DNA of 59,746 bases, taken from a virus. Lineage: Duplodnaviria; Caudoviricetes. Within the stretch, counting starts at the first letter, position 1, and each line of letters starts with the position of its first letter. The notes beneath the pieces were generated by a model. The model saw only the letters and a program-made list of their open reading frames with translations, made no database searches and was not told the DNA's origin. Shown piece by piece: positions 27,511 through 36,571 of the stretch. The position numbers and the translations under genes were made by a program. The stretch is from IMG/VR virus record IMGVR_UViG_3300030060_003581, positions 1 through 59,746 of that record; one strand, written 5' to 3'.

Positions 27511-27696
27511 ATGACAAAAAATAAAATGATTTTAGCGCAGATGAAAAGACAACTGAACATACTCGAAGGAGTTAGCACAGATTTGCTTTCATTGAAGAAC
27601 ATAGGAATGATAGATAGTGACGACTATTCAGCAATAGACCACCACATTTGGTCAATAGAATCGCTGATAAAACACAATATGGAACAGGAGGAATAA
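27505..27696 (+). CDS. Hypothetical early protein
   Basis: ORF after the promoter module. Confidence 0.6.
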   Translation: MNMTKNKMILAQMKRQLNILEGVSTDLLSLKNIGMIDSDDYSAIDHHIWSIESLIKHNMEQEE

Positions 27697-27698
27697 AC

Positions 27699-28199
27699 AT
27701 GAGAACAGAACGAGAATACGGACTAGAAGCAAGAATAATACTGAAAAAACTACAAGACGCAGGGTGCGAGTTAATCAAGACAGGCGACTCATATGGGGAT
27801 GAATACTACGACATACCATGTAAGGGACTGAGTATTGGTAAAATCGCATACAACCTATGGAATCTTGAGGACTCAATGCTGCTTGTCAGAAACCCCGAAG
27901 GGCATTTGGCATGGGCAAGATTCATCTTCGGCAACGGCTGGGGTGAATTGGTTGGTGACTACTCAACCAACCTGCTAGGCAAATCTTTGCCTTGGGAAGA
28001 ATCACGAAAGCGTGAGCAAGAAGTAGGGATATGGGACTACCAAGATTGGAGAATCAACGATGTTCTCGACTTCTTTGGAATCAAAAAGAAGTTCACAGAC
28101 ATAATTGATGAGGCGACAAGTATATATACCGATGACCCCCATATTAGTAATGAGGGCGGCGACTCAGACAACGCCGACACAAAAACACAGGAGGAATAA
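27699..28199 (+). CDS. Hypothetical early protein
   Basis: Start MRTERE after ACAGGAGGAATAAAC; 3' end overlaps the next promoter module. Confidence 0.65.
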   Translation: MRTEREYGLEARIILKKLQDAGCELIKTGDSYGDEYYDIPCKGLSIGKIAYNLWNLEDSMLLVRNPEGHLAWARFIFGNGWGELVGDYSTNLLGKSLPWEESRKREQEVGIWDYQDWRINDVLDFFGIKKKFTDIIDEATSIYTDDPHISNEGGDSDNADTKTQEE

Positions 28200-28201
28200 A
28201 C
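28120..28201 (+). promoter_or_regulatory. Early promoter, stem-loop and RBS module embedded in a CDS end
   Basis: GTATATATACCGATGACCCCCATATT...CGCCGACACAAAAACACAGGAGGAATAAAC. Confidence 0.65.
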
Positions 28202-29458
28202 ATGAACAAAAAAGCAACAACAATAAGAATGACGAAGAACGAAAAGGACAATATGCAACTGCATCTTGCCGCCCGAGGGCTAGGAGAAGTGCAAGCGGCA
28301 ATCGCCAATGAGTTCAACAGACAACACGCCGACTTCGACTGCAACGCTGAGTTTGATGGCAATTGGCCTAACAAGACGCTGAAAAAGGGTCTCAAAATGG
28401 AATCATATAGTATCGGAAGGGGCTCATTTCCACAAATCTCGGTCAACTTCGCTTGGACACCGGAGTATGTCAAGAAGCAGACCGAAGATGCCAAGAGGCT
28501 GAATCGCAGGCCGTATCTATACGGTGCAGGTCAATACCGACCACACAACCCAGCGATTACTGACAAGGCTGGCAAACCAACCAACCATGATGACGGCACA
28601 CCTAAGCACCGCTGGGAGTGGACGCCATACATCGAAGCAGGTATCGAAACCCACATGGACAACTGCTTGAAGGCGGCAATTGCAGCCACAAAGCGTGACT
28701 TGACCGAGAGCGAAGTAAAATACGGTCGTGACGGGAGAGCGCAAGAGGTATACAATATCGTGCAAAAACTACAAAGATTTCAAGCCTACATCGAGTTGGA
28801 CAATAGATACTACGGACACCCAGCAAGAACCCTTGTATCAAAGCGAGCAAACCCATACTCAAACCAGCACTATGTCTTGCGTGGAGAGGGCTGGAACTCA
28901 AGCGATAGCGACTACTACACATACCGCCTACTCGGGCTTGGTTTGAAGTGGTCTGTAATCAACAAGGGCAAACAGATTCTCGAAGCATTAAACAATATGC
29001 ACACTGCTTACAACAGATACCTTAGTAAGAAAAGTAATCAGAAATACACTCAGACCAATGTAGGTAACTACGAGAAGAATGTGGGACTCAACGAGCAAGC
29101 CTACGAGGACTTAATCAAGAGGGTCACTAACGATGGCGAAATCACAGTGGAGAATGCTATCCAAAACGACAACACAAAGAGGAATGCGGTCACTGAATAC
29201 TTCAAGAACATACCACACCCTGATATGCTTCACGGAGGCACAGTGACACCTTCATTCTGCATGATTTCGGTTAGCGAGCGTATCACCGCCGCCAAGAACC
29301 GCATCGTGCAAAGCAAGGCTATATTAGCCCGTGAGCAAGGTCGTCTGAGTGAAGAAACATCAGACCTACCTAAGTTGGAGTGGCAAATCGCACTGATGAA
29401 AGTCGAAAAAGTAGCCACACAATACGGACTACTAAACAACGGAGGGGAGGAAGAATGA
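28202..29458 (+). CDS. Hypothetical early protein (418 aa)
   Basis: Long ORF with a strong RBS; no family recognised. Confidence 0.8.
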   Translation: MNKKATTIRMTKNEKDNMQLHLAARGLGEVQAAIANEFNRQHADFDCNAEFDGNWPNKTLKKGLKMESYSIGRGSFPQISVNFAWTPEYVKKQTEDAKRLNRRPYLYGAGQYRPHNPAITDKAGKPTNHDDGTPKHRWEWTPYIEAGIETHMDNCLKAAIAATKRDLTESEVKYGRDGRAQEVYNIVQKLQRFQAYIELDNRYYGHPARTLVSKRANPYSNQHYVLRGEGWNSSDSDYYTYRLLGLGLKWSVINKGKQILEALNNMHTAYNRYLSKKSNQKYTQTNVGNYEKNVGLNEQAYEDLIKRVTNDGEITVENAIQNDNTKRNAVTEYFKNIPHPDMLHGGTVTPSFCMISVSERITAAKNRIVQSKAILAREQGRLSEETSDLPKLEWQIALMKVEKVATQYGLLNNGGEEE

Positions 29459-29622
29459 ACACGCACTGCTCGTATAACCAATATCAGAAAATCGAGTGGG
29501 TGCATTGGGCATTACAAGAGGCCATCAATGGTAATACTGATGAGGCTATGTTGACACAGGCGTTGGAGTTGGTCGAGGATATTAGGGAAATTGTGGTAAC
29601 GGAGGTGATGAAGAATGATTGA
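29455..29622 (+). CDS. Hypothetical early protein
   Basis: MNTHCSY start overlapping the previous stop; GGAGG RBS. Confidence 0.55.
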   Translation: MNTHCSYNQYQKIEWVHWALQEAINGNTDEAMLTQALELVEDIREIVVTEVMKND

Positions 29623-29790
29623 CGAAGGACAGACCTGTGCTTACTGCGAAGAAGCAATTGAAGGGGAAGTAACAATGACTACCTACGGAACACCGTATCA
29701 TCATTACTGCGCTGACAAATTGATTACCATGAAGCATCAAGGCTACGATGGTCTTGACGAAGAAGATATTGCATATTGGGGTGAGGAAAA

Positions 29791-30075
29791 ATGAAACTGA
29801 GCGAAAGCCGAATGTGGTGGAGTAAAGAGCATAAGGAATGGTATGTGCAGGTTGCATCAGACCATGAGCGAGCCATGTTCCGCCCCGATTGGTGGGAGGG
29901 AACTGAAAAAGTTCTCAGCAAAGGCTACGATTACAGTAACAAGTATGGTTGGTTCATCATTGTCGGTGTGCCACTCAAGCAATACTTGAAGCACCACCCC
30001 GAAGATGTGTATTTAGCACAGGGCGTGTTAGATGACATCAAAAAGCGTGACGATAGGAGGCTTAACAATGTCTAA
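29791..30075 (+). CDS. Hypothetical early protein
   Basis: GGTGAGG RBS; Trp-rich. Confidence 0.6.
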   Translation: MKLSESRMWWSKEHKEWYVQVASDHERAMFRPDWWEGTEKVLSKGYDYSNKYGWFIIVGVPLKQYLKHHPEDVYLAQGVLDDIKKRDDRRLNNV

Positions 30076-30174
30076 CGATACAGGCTATGTAATAGTGATT
30101 GAGGAACTGATAAAGCAACTCGTAAAAACGAGAGGACAGTTGGCAGAAGCCCTTGAAAAATTGGAGGCGTTAGA

Positions 30175-30411
30175 ATGATGAGCGACCACCAAGATTCAGA
30201 ACACTTCATGGGAGTGCGTAGCGAAAGCGAGTTGCTCGACATGCTTGACCGAGCCGAGCGCAAACAAAATGAACATTACGCATACATACATATCGTGAGT
30301 AAAAAGGCTCGAAAGATGTATCACATGAGGAATTACAAAGCACTTGAGGGCGTGGTAAAGACACTGCGCTGGTGCTTGGGTGACAAGGAGGTTGAACACC
30401 CATTAGAGTGA
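30175..30411 (+). CDS. Hypothetical early protein
   Basis: GGAGG RBS; ALEGVVKTLRWCLG motif. Confidence 0.6.
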   Translation: MMSDHQDSEHFMGVRSESELLDMLDRAERKQNEHYAYIHIVSKKARKMYHMRNYKALEGVVKTLRWCLGDKEVEHPLE

Positions 30412-30464
30412 CCGGTGACTATATATACCGGAAGCCCCAATATAGAAACAAGGAGAGGAATGAT

Positions 30465-31037
30465 ATGAACATATTTGTATTACACGAAAACCCAATACTA
30501 GCAGCAACAATGATAGACGACAATAGGCTGCCTAAAATGGTAACTGAAAGCGCACAGATGCTTGCATCGGCGCTGATTAGACACGGTGCTACACCGGACT
30601 CTATGCCACTTACCAAGGCAGGGACACCATACAAGGGAGGTTATCACAATCACCCTTGCACAGTATGGGCTGGTGATTCGCTAGGCAACTTCGCTTGGCT
30701 GATGACTCACGGCCTGTCGTTGGCACATCAATACGAGCGATTGTTTGGCAGGCAGCATGCTTGTGACAAGGCTATGAGGGAGATGGTAAAAAACCCTGCG
30801 ATTGAGAACATGGGCAGTGACGAACTGACTCCATTCGCAAGAGCATTTGACAGGGAAAACAAAGACCTTGACGAACTGTATGACGAGGAAAAATATACTG
30901 CGGTCGAAGCGTATCGCATATACTACAAGACCAAAGCAGACAGTCCGGCAGGTATCAAATACGAGCGTGTCGCTATGCCGGAGTGGTATAATGACAGTAA
31001 GTATATTTACGGAGTAAATTACGAGGTGAGAACATGA
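30465..31037 (+). CDS. Pyrimidine-dimer DNA glycosylase / endonuclease V-like family protein
   Basis: MNIFVL...KMVTESAQML...HNHPCTVW...AVEAYRIYY, a widespread marine-virus DenV-like pattern. Confidence 0.65.
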   Translation: MNIFVLHENPILAATMIDDNRLPKMVTESAQMLASALIRHGATPDSMPLTKAGTPYKGGYHNHPCTVWAGDSLGNFAWLMTHGLSLAHQYERLFGRQHACDKAMREMVKNPAIENMGSDELTPFARAFDRENKDLDELYDEEKYTAVEAYRIYYKTKADSPAGIKYERVAMPEWYNDSKYIYGVNYEVRT

Positions 31038-31330
31038 GAGTAATGGTAGTCATACCAAGCGGATTGGAAATGCAACCATCTCCAAAATTACTCAATGACG
31101 GAGTAAGTGCGGTTGAGGCCGCACAGTATATACTAAACACTGACACAGTGGAAACGCATAAGATTGCTGAGCATGTGTATGCCTACACACATGAACAGGA
31201 TGGAACATACGAATACAATGGGCGAGTAGCCTATGTAATCAAACAAGTATTTGGAATACTGACGGCACTTGAGGGTGAAGTCTGTATTCTATTAGAAGAA
31301 GGCGCAGGGGAGGAACACTTATTAGGGTGA
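31034..31330 (+). CDS. Hypothetical protein
   Basis: GAGGTGA RBS; overlaps the previous stop. Confidence 0.6.
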   Translation: MRVMVVIPSGLEMQPSPKLLNDGVSAVEAAQYILNTDTVETHKIAEHVYAYTHEQDGTYEYNGRVAYVIKQVFGILTALEGEVCILLEEGAGEEHLLG

Positions 31331-31360
31331 AGCCCCCATAGTAAAAAACAGGTGAGGAAC

Positions 31361-31768
31361 ATGAACGAAGATATTATGATAACCGATATAGGGCGAGCGA
31401 GAGCGATATATGACGAACTAAATGACCGATGGGAAGTGGAAATCTTATCAGAAAACCGTAGCGGCTTACGCAAGGTTCACGGTGAGGTGGCTATATTCTG
31501 TAAGAGTAATGATATGAGACTTGGCATACTGCAACAAAAGACTGTCAAATACGACAAGATTGAACAAGTGAGGGTTGACAACCCCGAGTATCAATCAGAT
31601 GAACTAGCAGCAAAGTTTCGTTGGTTTGATGAACAAGCGGAACTTACAGATGAAGATAAGGCGGAGAAACAAAAGGCGCTTGACAGTTTTATGAGAAGAT
31701 ACAATTACCATGAAAGAGCAGTTCCCGAGTGGTCTGCAAAATGCCTAGTATGGAGAGGGTCACAGTGA
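31361..31768 (+). CDS. Hypothetical protein
   Basis: GGTGAGG RBS and upstream early motif. Confidence 0.6.
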   Translation: MNEDIMITDIGRARAIYDELNDRWEVEILSENRSGLRKVHGEVAIFCKSNDMRLGILQQKTVKYDKIEQVRVDNPEYQSDELAAKFRWFDEQAELTDEDKAEKQKALDSFMRRYNYHERAVPEWSAKCLVWRGSQ

Positions 31769-31880
31769 CTAGAAAGATTATGATGTGTGGTCAGTGTAAC
31801 CAACCAATGATATTACATGAGCATGAGGGCGTGACTAGAATCTTTGCCCCTTGCGATTGCCACAAAAGAGGTGACGGACA

Positions 31881-32147
31881 ATGAAAAAGTATAGTGAATA
31901 TTTAGCAGAACAGTATGAACCACTAACTGCCGAAGAATGGAAGTTTTGGTTTGAAGCATCGGAACATGGCATGGATGCAACTAACGAAGGATTGAATCAA
32001 CTTGTTGACGAAATCGCATACCTACGAAGCGTATTGGCCGAGTGCTATATGTGGATGGGGCGAAAGGTTCATAGTGGTTCAGTTACTAAGAAGTATCAGT
32101 GGGCTATGCGTGAGGCTTACAGAATTAGACAGGAGGATAAAGAATGA
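31881..32147 (+). CDS. Hypothetical protein
   Basis: GAGGTGA RBS. Confidence 0.6.
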   Translation: MKKYSEYLAEQYEPLTAEEWKFWFEASEHGMDATNEGLNQLVDEIAYLRSVLAECYMWMGRKVHSGSVTKKYQWAMREAYRIRQEDKE

Positions 32148-32422
32148 GAATAGATATAGACAAAGGAAAAAAACCAACAACAATAGAAGCGACATACTCG
32201 GCTTGGGCTGAGTGGGACTTGACTGAACTAGAAGGCTACGATGACATAGTGTGGCAAGATGTGGAGGCTATTTGGATAAAATACACAATGGCTGAGATAC
32301 ACATGAAAGACGGCACTGTGCATCATTTAGGCATGAGTGAAGTCAAGGCTGACGAGAAGTGGCCTATCGCCATAGATGTGTATGACGAGAACTACAATCA
32401 GTTAGGAGGGGGAGTCGAATGA
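32144..32422 (+). CDS. Hypothetical protein
   Basis: GGAGG RBS; ATGA overlap. Confidence 0.6.
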   Translation: MRIDIDKGKKPTTIEATYSAWAEWDLTELEGYDDIVWQDVEAIWIKYTMAEIHMKDGTVHHLGMSEVKADEKWPIAIDVYDENYNQLGGGVE

Positions 32423-32528
32423 ACATCAACAACATTGTCAGACAGACCATCGTGTTTGCTGACGGCAGTATGTGTATCATGGTGCGTCAGCCTAACGGCA
32501 CGATGACAACAGAATGGAGGAATAGAAA

Positions 32529-32744
32529 ATGAGACAGTTAGTTGAAGCGTCAAGGAGATTGCTCAAGTATGTCCGTGTAACCAACAACGGCATGATACCG
32601 ATTGATATTTGGAATGATGCTAAGGTAATCTTTGACTACGCCACTGAGGCTGAGTTAGAGGACAGTTATTGGGACATACAGATGGCCGAGGCTGAGAAGT
32701 ATGAAGAAGATAGAATGAGAATCGAGATGGGTGATAACCTATGA
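32529..32744 (+). CDS. Hypothetical protein
   Basis: GGAGG RBS. Confidence 0.55.
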   Translation: MRQLVEASRRLLKYVRVTNNGMIPIDIWNDAKVIFDYATEAELEDSYWDIQMAEAEKYEEDRMRIEMGDNL

Positions 32745-33019
32745 GGGTTAGAAAACTCAAGGGAGGCTACGCATCACCGACCGGCAAACTCTATGAGTTT
32801 GTTGAGGCCGAGTGTGAGTGTTGTAATGTGCAAGGTATGTTAACCGAATCACTGAAAAGAACTGATACCCATATGGGTGTCAAAAAGGTTTATGACATAC
32901 GCCCTCCTACCATCTATTACAAGGTGGATGAGGAAGGGTTTCAATACGATGCCATGTGTGGCTTCTGTATCGAGGAACTAGATGACACGGATACCAAGGA
33001 GGCTCTTGGGCAATCTTGA
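32741..33019 (+). CDS. Zn-finger-like hypothetical protein
   Basis: CECC...CGFC; GGTGA RBS. Confidence 0.55.
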   Translation: MRVRKLKGGYASPTGKLYEFVEAECECCNVQGMLTESLKRTDTHMGVKKVYDIRPPTIYYKVDEEGFQYDAMCGFCIEELDDTDTKEALGQS

Positions 33020-33045
33020 TATAGTGGCGTGACCAAAGTTTGTAT

Positions 33046-33124
33046 TGGGGAGGGGGTTAGAACTTCTATGTTCTATTTCCTCAAACTTGGTTGCTTGCTT
33101 CGTTCCTCGCTTGCCCCCTCCCCA
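33046..33124 (+). ncRNA. Structured leader/sRNA closed by an 11-bp stem and exposing two TTCCTC sites
   Basis: TGGGGAGGGGG (33046-56) pairs with CCCCCTCCCCA (33114-24); upstream GATATAGTGGCG promoter-like motif. Confidence 0.55.
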
Positions 33125-33143
33125 CCAACTTTGAGGTGATATT

Positions 33144-33425
33144 ATGAGAAGAAGTAGTAAGTTTATTTTTGCAGATGAAGTAGCACGAATGTTGATTGAA
33201 AACCCGAAGGGTATGTCGTCATACGAGATATACAATAAACTCGTTGATGACAACTTCAAGTGGTTGCCGTCACGGAACACCATTGGCTCTAGGCTGAGCG
33301 CAATAGGTGGCTTCGAGGCAATAGGAGTAACCACAGGGTATTCTCTAAGAACAACAAGAGAGGTAACGATGTGGACTCTTGACTTGAAAAAGTTTAATGC
33401 TTGGAGGTATAAGGATGCTCGGTGA
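33144..33425 (+). CDS. Winged-HTH DNA-binding protein
   Basis: GMSSYEIYNKL...PSRNTIGSRLS...W wing pattern; GAGGTGA RBS. Confidence 0.65.
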   Translation: MRRSSKFIFADEVARMLIENPKGMSSYEIYNKLVDDNFKWLPSRNTIGSRLSAIGGFEAIGVTTGYSLRTTREVTMWTLDLKKFNAWRYKDAR

Positions 33426-34179
33426 ACCGGCCATCATACCTTTGAAGCACATTGAATACACCATCACACACCCATACACCCGCAATCATAGAGGGGAGTG
33501 GGTGCAAAAGCCTTACATTGTAATAAAAGGTAGGTATAAAACCTACACTTTGTTAGGAAAAAAGGTGATGTGGTCGTATTTTGATGCACTTTTCAGTAAA
33601 GAACCGCTGCCAAGGCAGGCCGTCAATGACGACATATTCTCTCCCGAGATTGACTCTCCATCGTTGTTTAGTTTGCTAGACGACTTTACAAGCGAGAGCA
33701 TATCCGAAGGGACTGAATACTTGATAGCATACCATGTTGATGGTGACATTACTTATGTCGAGCCATTTGACCAAGGGCTTGTGACCGATATAGAAATGAT
33801 GTATCATTATCTAAAGAGTGAGGGATTGACTCCCGAGAAAAAACCATTCTTGTATAGGGGCAACAATGCGTCTATCAGACCATCAGTTTGTTTTCAATAC
33901 AATGATTGGGACATTTACTTTGTTGACATAGGCACTCGCTGGTATATACGAGGCGAAGGCTTGGCGTCAACAGGCAGAAGAATAGGGCTAACTATGCCCG
34001 AGAGTATTCTCAAGTCAAAGAAGAATGATGTAGCGAATGCTTTCAAAAGATTATTGTCTTATGCTGATAGCGTCAGACCAAATAAATTACATTGGCCTGC
34101 GACCGCACCACGATTACCAAGTGGACTCAAGACGCATGAGCAAGACCGATTATTAGTAAATAGGAGGTCGAATATATAA
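33397..34179 (+). CDS. Hypothetical protein (260 aa)
   Basis: Long ORF; the likely start is MLGEPA after GGAGG. Confidence 0.7.
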   Translation: MLGGIRMLGEPAIIPLKHIEYTITHPYTRNHRGEWVQKPYIVIKGRYKTYTLLGKKVMWSYFDALFSKEPLPRQAVNDDIFSPEIDSPSLFSLLDDFTSESISEGTEYLIAYHVDGDITYVEPFDQGLVTDIEMMYHYLKSEGLTPEKKPFLYRGNNASIRPSVCFQYNDWDIYFVDIGTRWYIRGEGLASTGRRIGLTMPESILKSKKNDVANAFKRLLSYADSVRPNKLHWPATAPRLPSGLKTHEQDRLLVNRRSNI

Positions 34180-34184
34180 TACTT

Positions 34185-34430
34185 ATCGTATTAAGTTAAT
34201 TAAGTTTAGAACTTCAAACTTAAAAAAAAGCAATACGGAATGCTACAACCGCTAATTAAGTTATTATGTCTAATATGTTTATCATTAGGCCACTAATACT
34301 ACTTAGTTATATTATAGTTATATTATTAAATTAATAACTTAATAGACTAAAAAACTTAATTCAGCATATCGGGATTCAGTAAAGCGTTTATTTAAGTTAC
34401 AGAATCTAAACTTAATGAACTTAATTCGGT
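34185..34430. other. Candidate replication origin
   Basis: AT-rich intergenic region with 9 TTAAGTT/AACTTAA heptamers, upstream of the replication cluster. Confidence 0.6.
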
Positions 34431-34435
34431 AACTG

Positions 34436-34450
34436 TTAAATACTGACGAG
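34436..34450 (+). promoter_or_regulatory. Middle promoter motif (TATA plus CTGACGAG)
   Basis: TTAAATACTGACGAG; copies at 39548, 44220 and 46502. Confidence 0.7.
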
Positions 34451-34467
34451 GGATTGGTGATAATTAC

Positions 34468-35280
34468 ATGAGAACAAACAAAGGAACAATTGACCTATAT
34501 CATGCTGAACCGCTACCAAGTGTTGACAAAGTAATCGTATTCGCAGAAAACGAGTTCGGTCTTGCATCACTGATGGCAGTTAGGACTGTTATAGGAGAGC
34601 GAGAGCCGGATGCAATAGCATTGAGTCATCTATTACCTGAAATGGGATTCAATTCAGCACCCGACATGAAACCTATTGGCTGGGAAATACACTTTGAAAA
34701 GACCAATGACGAAACCATAGCATATGTTACGGTTACTAATTGGCCTACGATACAGTTATTCCCACCGGAACAAACCAAAAATACATGGATATACACATAT
34801 CCGCCTGTTAGAGATTTTGTTGAGTTGATGAAAGACAATGGTGCAAAGGAGTTACTATACATCTCAAGCACTACTATACATGAGGCGTTGAACCCCGAAG
34901 TGTTTGAGTTGCTTTCTCCAAAAAAGGTAAAGAGTTATGTGTTTGGTAGCGATAAAAACACTAAGCATAATCTATTCTTTACTCCGCCAACATGGTTATT
35001 CCCATACTTGGCACACTGTATGAACTATGAACACAGTGAGATTATACTATCGGGTTGTGAGAATGGTGCTGAAATAGACGAACAGGCAGGCTGGACTTTG
35101 ACTAAGTATCTGTCATCAGTGATTGGTGAAAAAATCAAGAAGCCTCTATACAATAGAGTCGTAAAACAATTACGCAAGGAGGCTGAAAGAATTGCTGAAC
35201 TAGAGTCCGAAGTAACCGAGGCTCTAAAGAAGCACGAAGAACGGGCAGGTAGCAAGCCAGCAGAACATATGTGGGGCTGA
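34468..35280 (+). CDS. PAC2/PbaB-like proteasome assembly chaperone/activator (candidate)
   Basis: Size, GLASLMAVRTV helix, GAKELLYISS, EIDEQAG..L..VIG, C-terminal coiled coil ending in MWG (HbYX-like). Confidence 0.5.
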   Translation: MRTNKGTIDLYHAEPLPSVDKVIVFAENEFGLASLMAVRTVIGEREPDAIALSHLLPEMGFNSAPDMKPIGWEIHFEKTNDETIAYVTVTNWPTIQLFPPEQTKNTWIYTYPPVRDFVELMKDNGAKELLYISSTTIHEALNPEVFELLSPKKVKSYVFGSDKNTKHNLFFTPPTWLFPYLAHCMNYEHSEIILSGCENGAEIDEQAGWTLTKYLSSVIGEKIKKPLYNRVVKQLRKEAERIAELESEVTEALKKHEERAGSKPAEHMWG

Positions 35281-35284
35281 TAAA

Positions 35285-36571
35285 ATGAATATCTTTGAAA
35301 CTATGAGAACTTATGTGAACAGAAATCACTATGTTGATGTTGATGATAAGATACCTGTGTTCCTATGCTCAATAGGCACACACATTTTCAACGGCCTAAA
35401 CAAGTGCGGAACTTGTCCTTTCATACCGACGGGAGAAGAAGGTGCGTTTGCCATAGACTCTTGTATTCTAAGGCACGATAAAGCGCCTCTATACACCCCT
35501 ATGAGCCACATAGCAGACACTAGGCTACATATCCTCATGCGAGGTATGAAAGGCTCGGGAAAGTCCGTTCTAATCAATTTATTTTTAGCGCCCGGAACGG
35601 GGTTACTAAACAATCCATTGAATGCTGACATAGGTATGGCTTTTAGAACTGACATTGGCGCTAACTCTATTACAGAAGCAGGTATGTTTGGGTCTGTAAA
35701 TGAAGAAGGTGAAATCATGGGCAGACCTTTAGCAAGGGAAATGTGTGGTGGCTTCTTGGGCTTCGAGGAGTTTTCATCACTTGTTGATGCTGGCAGAAAA
35801 GACCACAGTATAGACATGACTAATCAACTTCTAACAAGCACAGATAATGGTCGAGTTAGAAAGGCTATGAGAGCAGGTTGGGTTCAATACACAACACGCT
35901 TTACTCTATGGGCTGGGACTCAGCCCGGTCGTTTCGAGATGGAGTCCGGTATGGATAGAAGGTTCTTCATTATTGATATTAACATGAACCCCAAGAAGGA
36001 GATGCAATTTAAGAAGGCACAGGCTAAACAGGCTAGCATGACTAACGCTGAAAGGGCTGAGTTGGCTGGGCTGGCTATTGAGATTAAAGACTTCTTTACC
36101 GAGAGGACTATGGAAGTTATTATGAATCCGCCAACCGGAGTTAGATTTGACGAGGCACTAAACGAGTGGCTTTACAAGCCCGAAGTTCGTAGTCACGAAG
36201 CCGACCTGTTCCGAAGGTTGGCTTTGGGATATACAATTATGTCGCCCGACTACGAAGGAGGCGACTTATTGTTTGTCAAAATGACTGATGAACTACGCCA
36301 AATCTTAGACTCTAGTTTGGAAATGAGGCGTGGTGTGATGGAGTCTGACATAAACCTAATCAAGACTGCGTTTTGGAACACTGAACTAACACGCACTGCT
36401 CTTATCAAAGAAGTAGCAAGGATGATTACTCCCGGAGACTACCAAGCGGCTAAGCGTTGGGTTGAAGATAATCTTTTAATACAGGCGTGGTATAGTGAAG
36501 AACGCAGTAGCGCAAGCGGTCGAGGCCGCAGGGGCGTTAAGGTATTTATCGGATATAAGGAGGATGATTAA
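35285..36571 (+). CDS. mcm: MCM-family AAA+ helicase lacking the N-terminal domain
   Basis: HILMRGMKGSGKS Walker A, SITEAGMFGSV, GGFLGFEEF Walker B, AGTQP sensor, SGMDRRF Arg finger. Confidence 0.75.
   Translation: MNIFETMRTYVNRNHYVDVDDKIPVFLCSIGTHIFNGLNKCGTCPFIPTGEEGAFAIDSCILRHDKAPLYTPMSHIADTRLHILMRGMKGSGKSVLINLFLAPGTGLLNNPLNADIGMAFRTDIGANSITEAGMFGSVNEEGEIMGRPLAREMCGGFLGFEEFSSLVDAGRKDHSIDMTNQLLTSTDNGRVRKAMRAGWVQYTTRFTLWAGTQPGRFEMESGMDRRFFIIDINMNPKKEMQFKKAQAKQASMTNAERAELAGLAIEIKDFFTERTMEVIMNPPTGVRFDEALNEWLYKPEVRSHEADLFRRLALGYTIMSPDYEGGDLLFVKMTDELRQILDSSLEMRRGVMESDINLIKTAFWNTELTRTALIKEVARMITPGDYQAAKRWVEDNLLIQAWYSEERSSASGRGRRGVKVFIGYKEDD

Noticed and set aside
19400-34400. Integrase, transposase, reverse transcriptase/DGR or intron/intein
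   Set aside because: No tyrosine/serine recombinase, DDE, RT (YxDD) or intein motifs recognised here or elsewhere; PolB, TerL and MCM are uninterrupted
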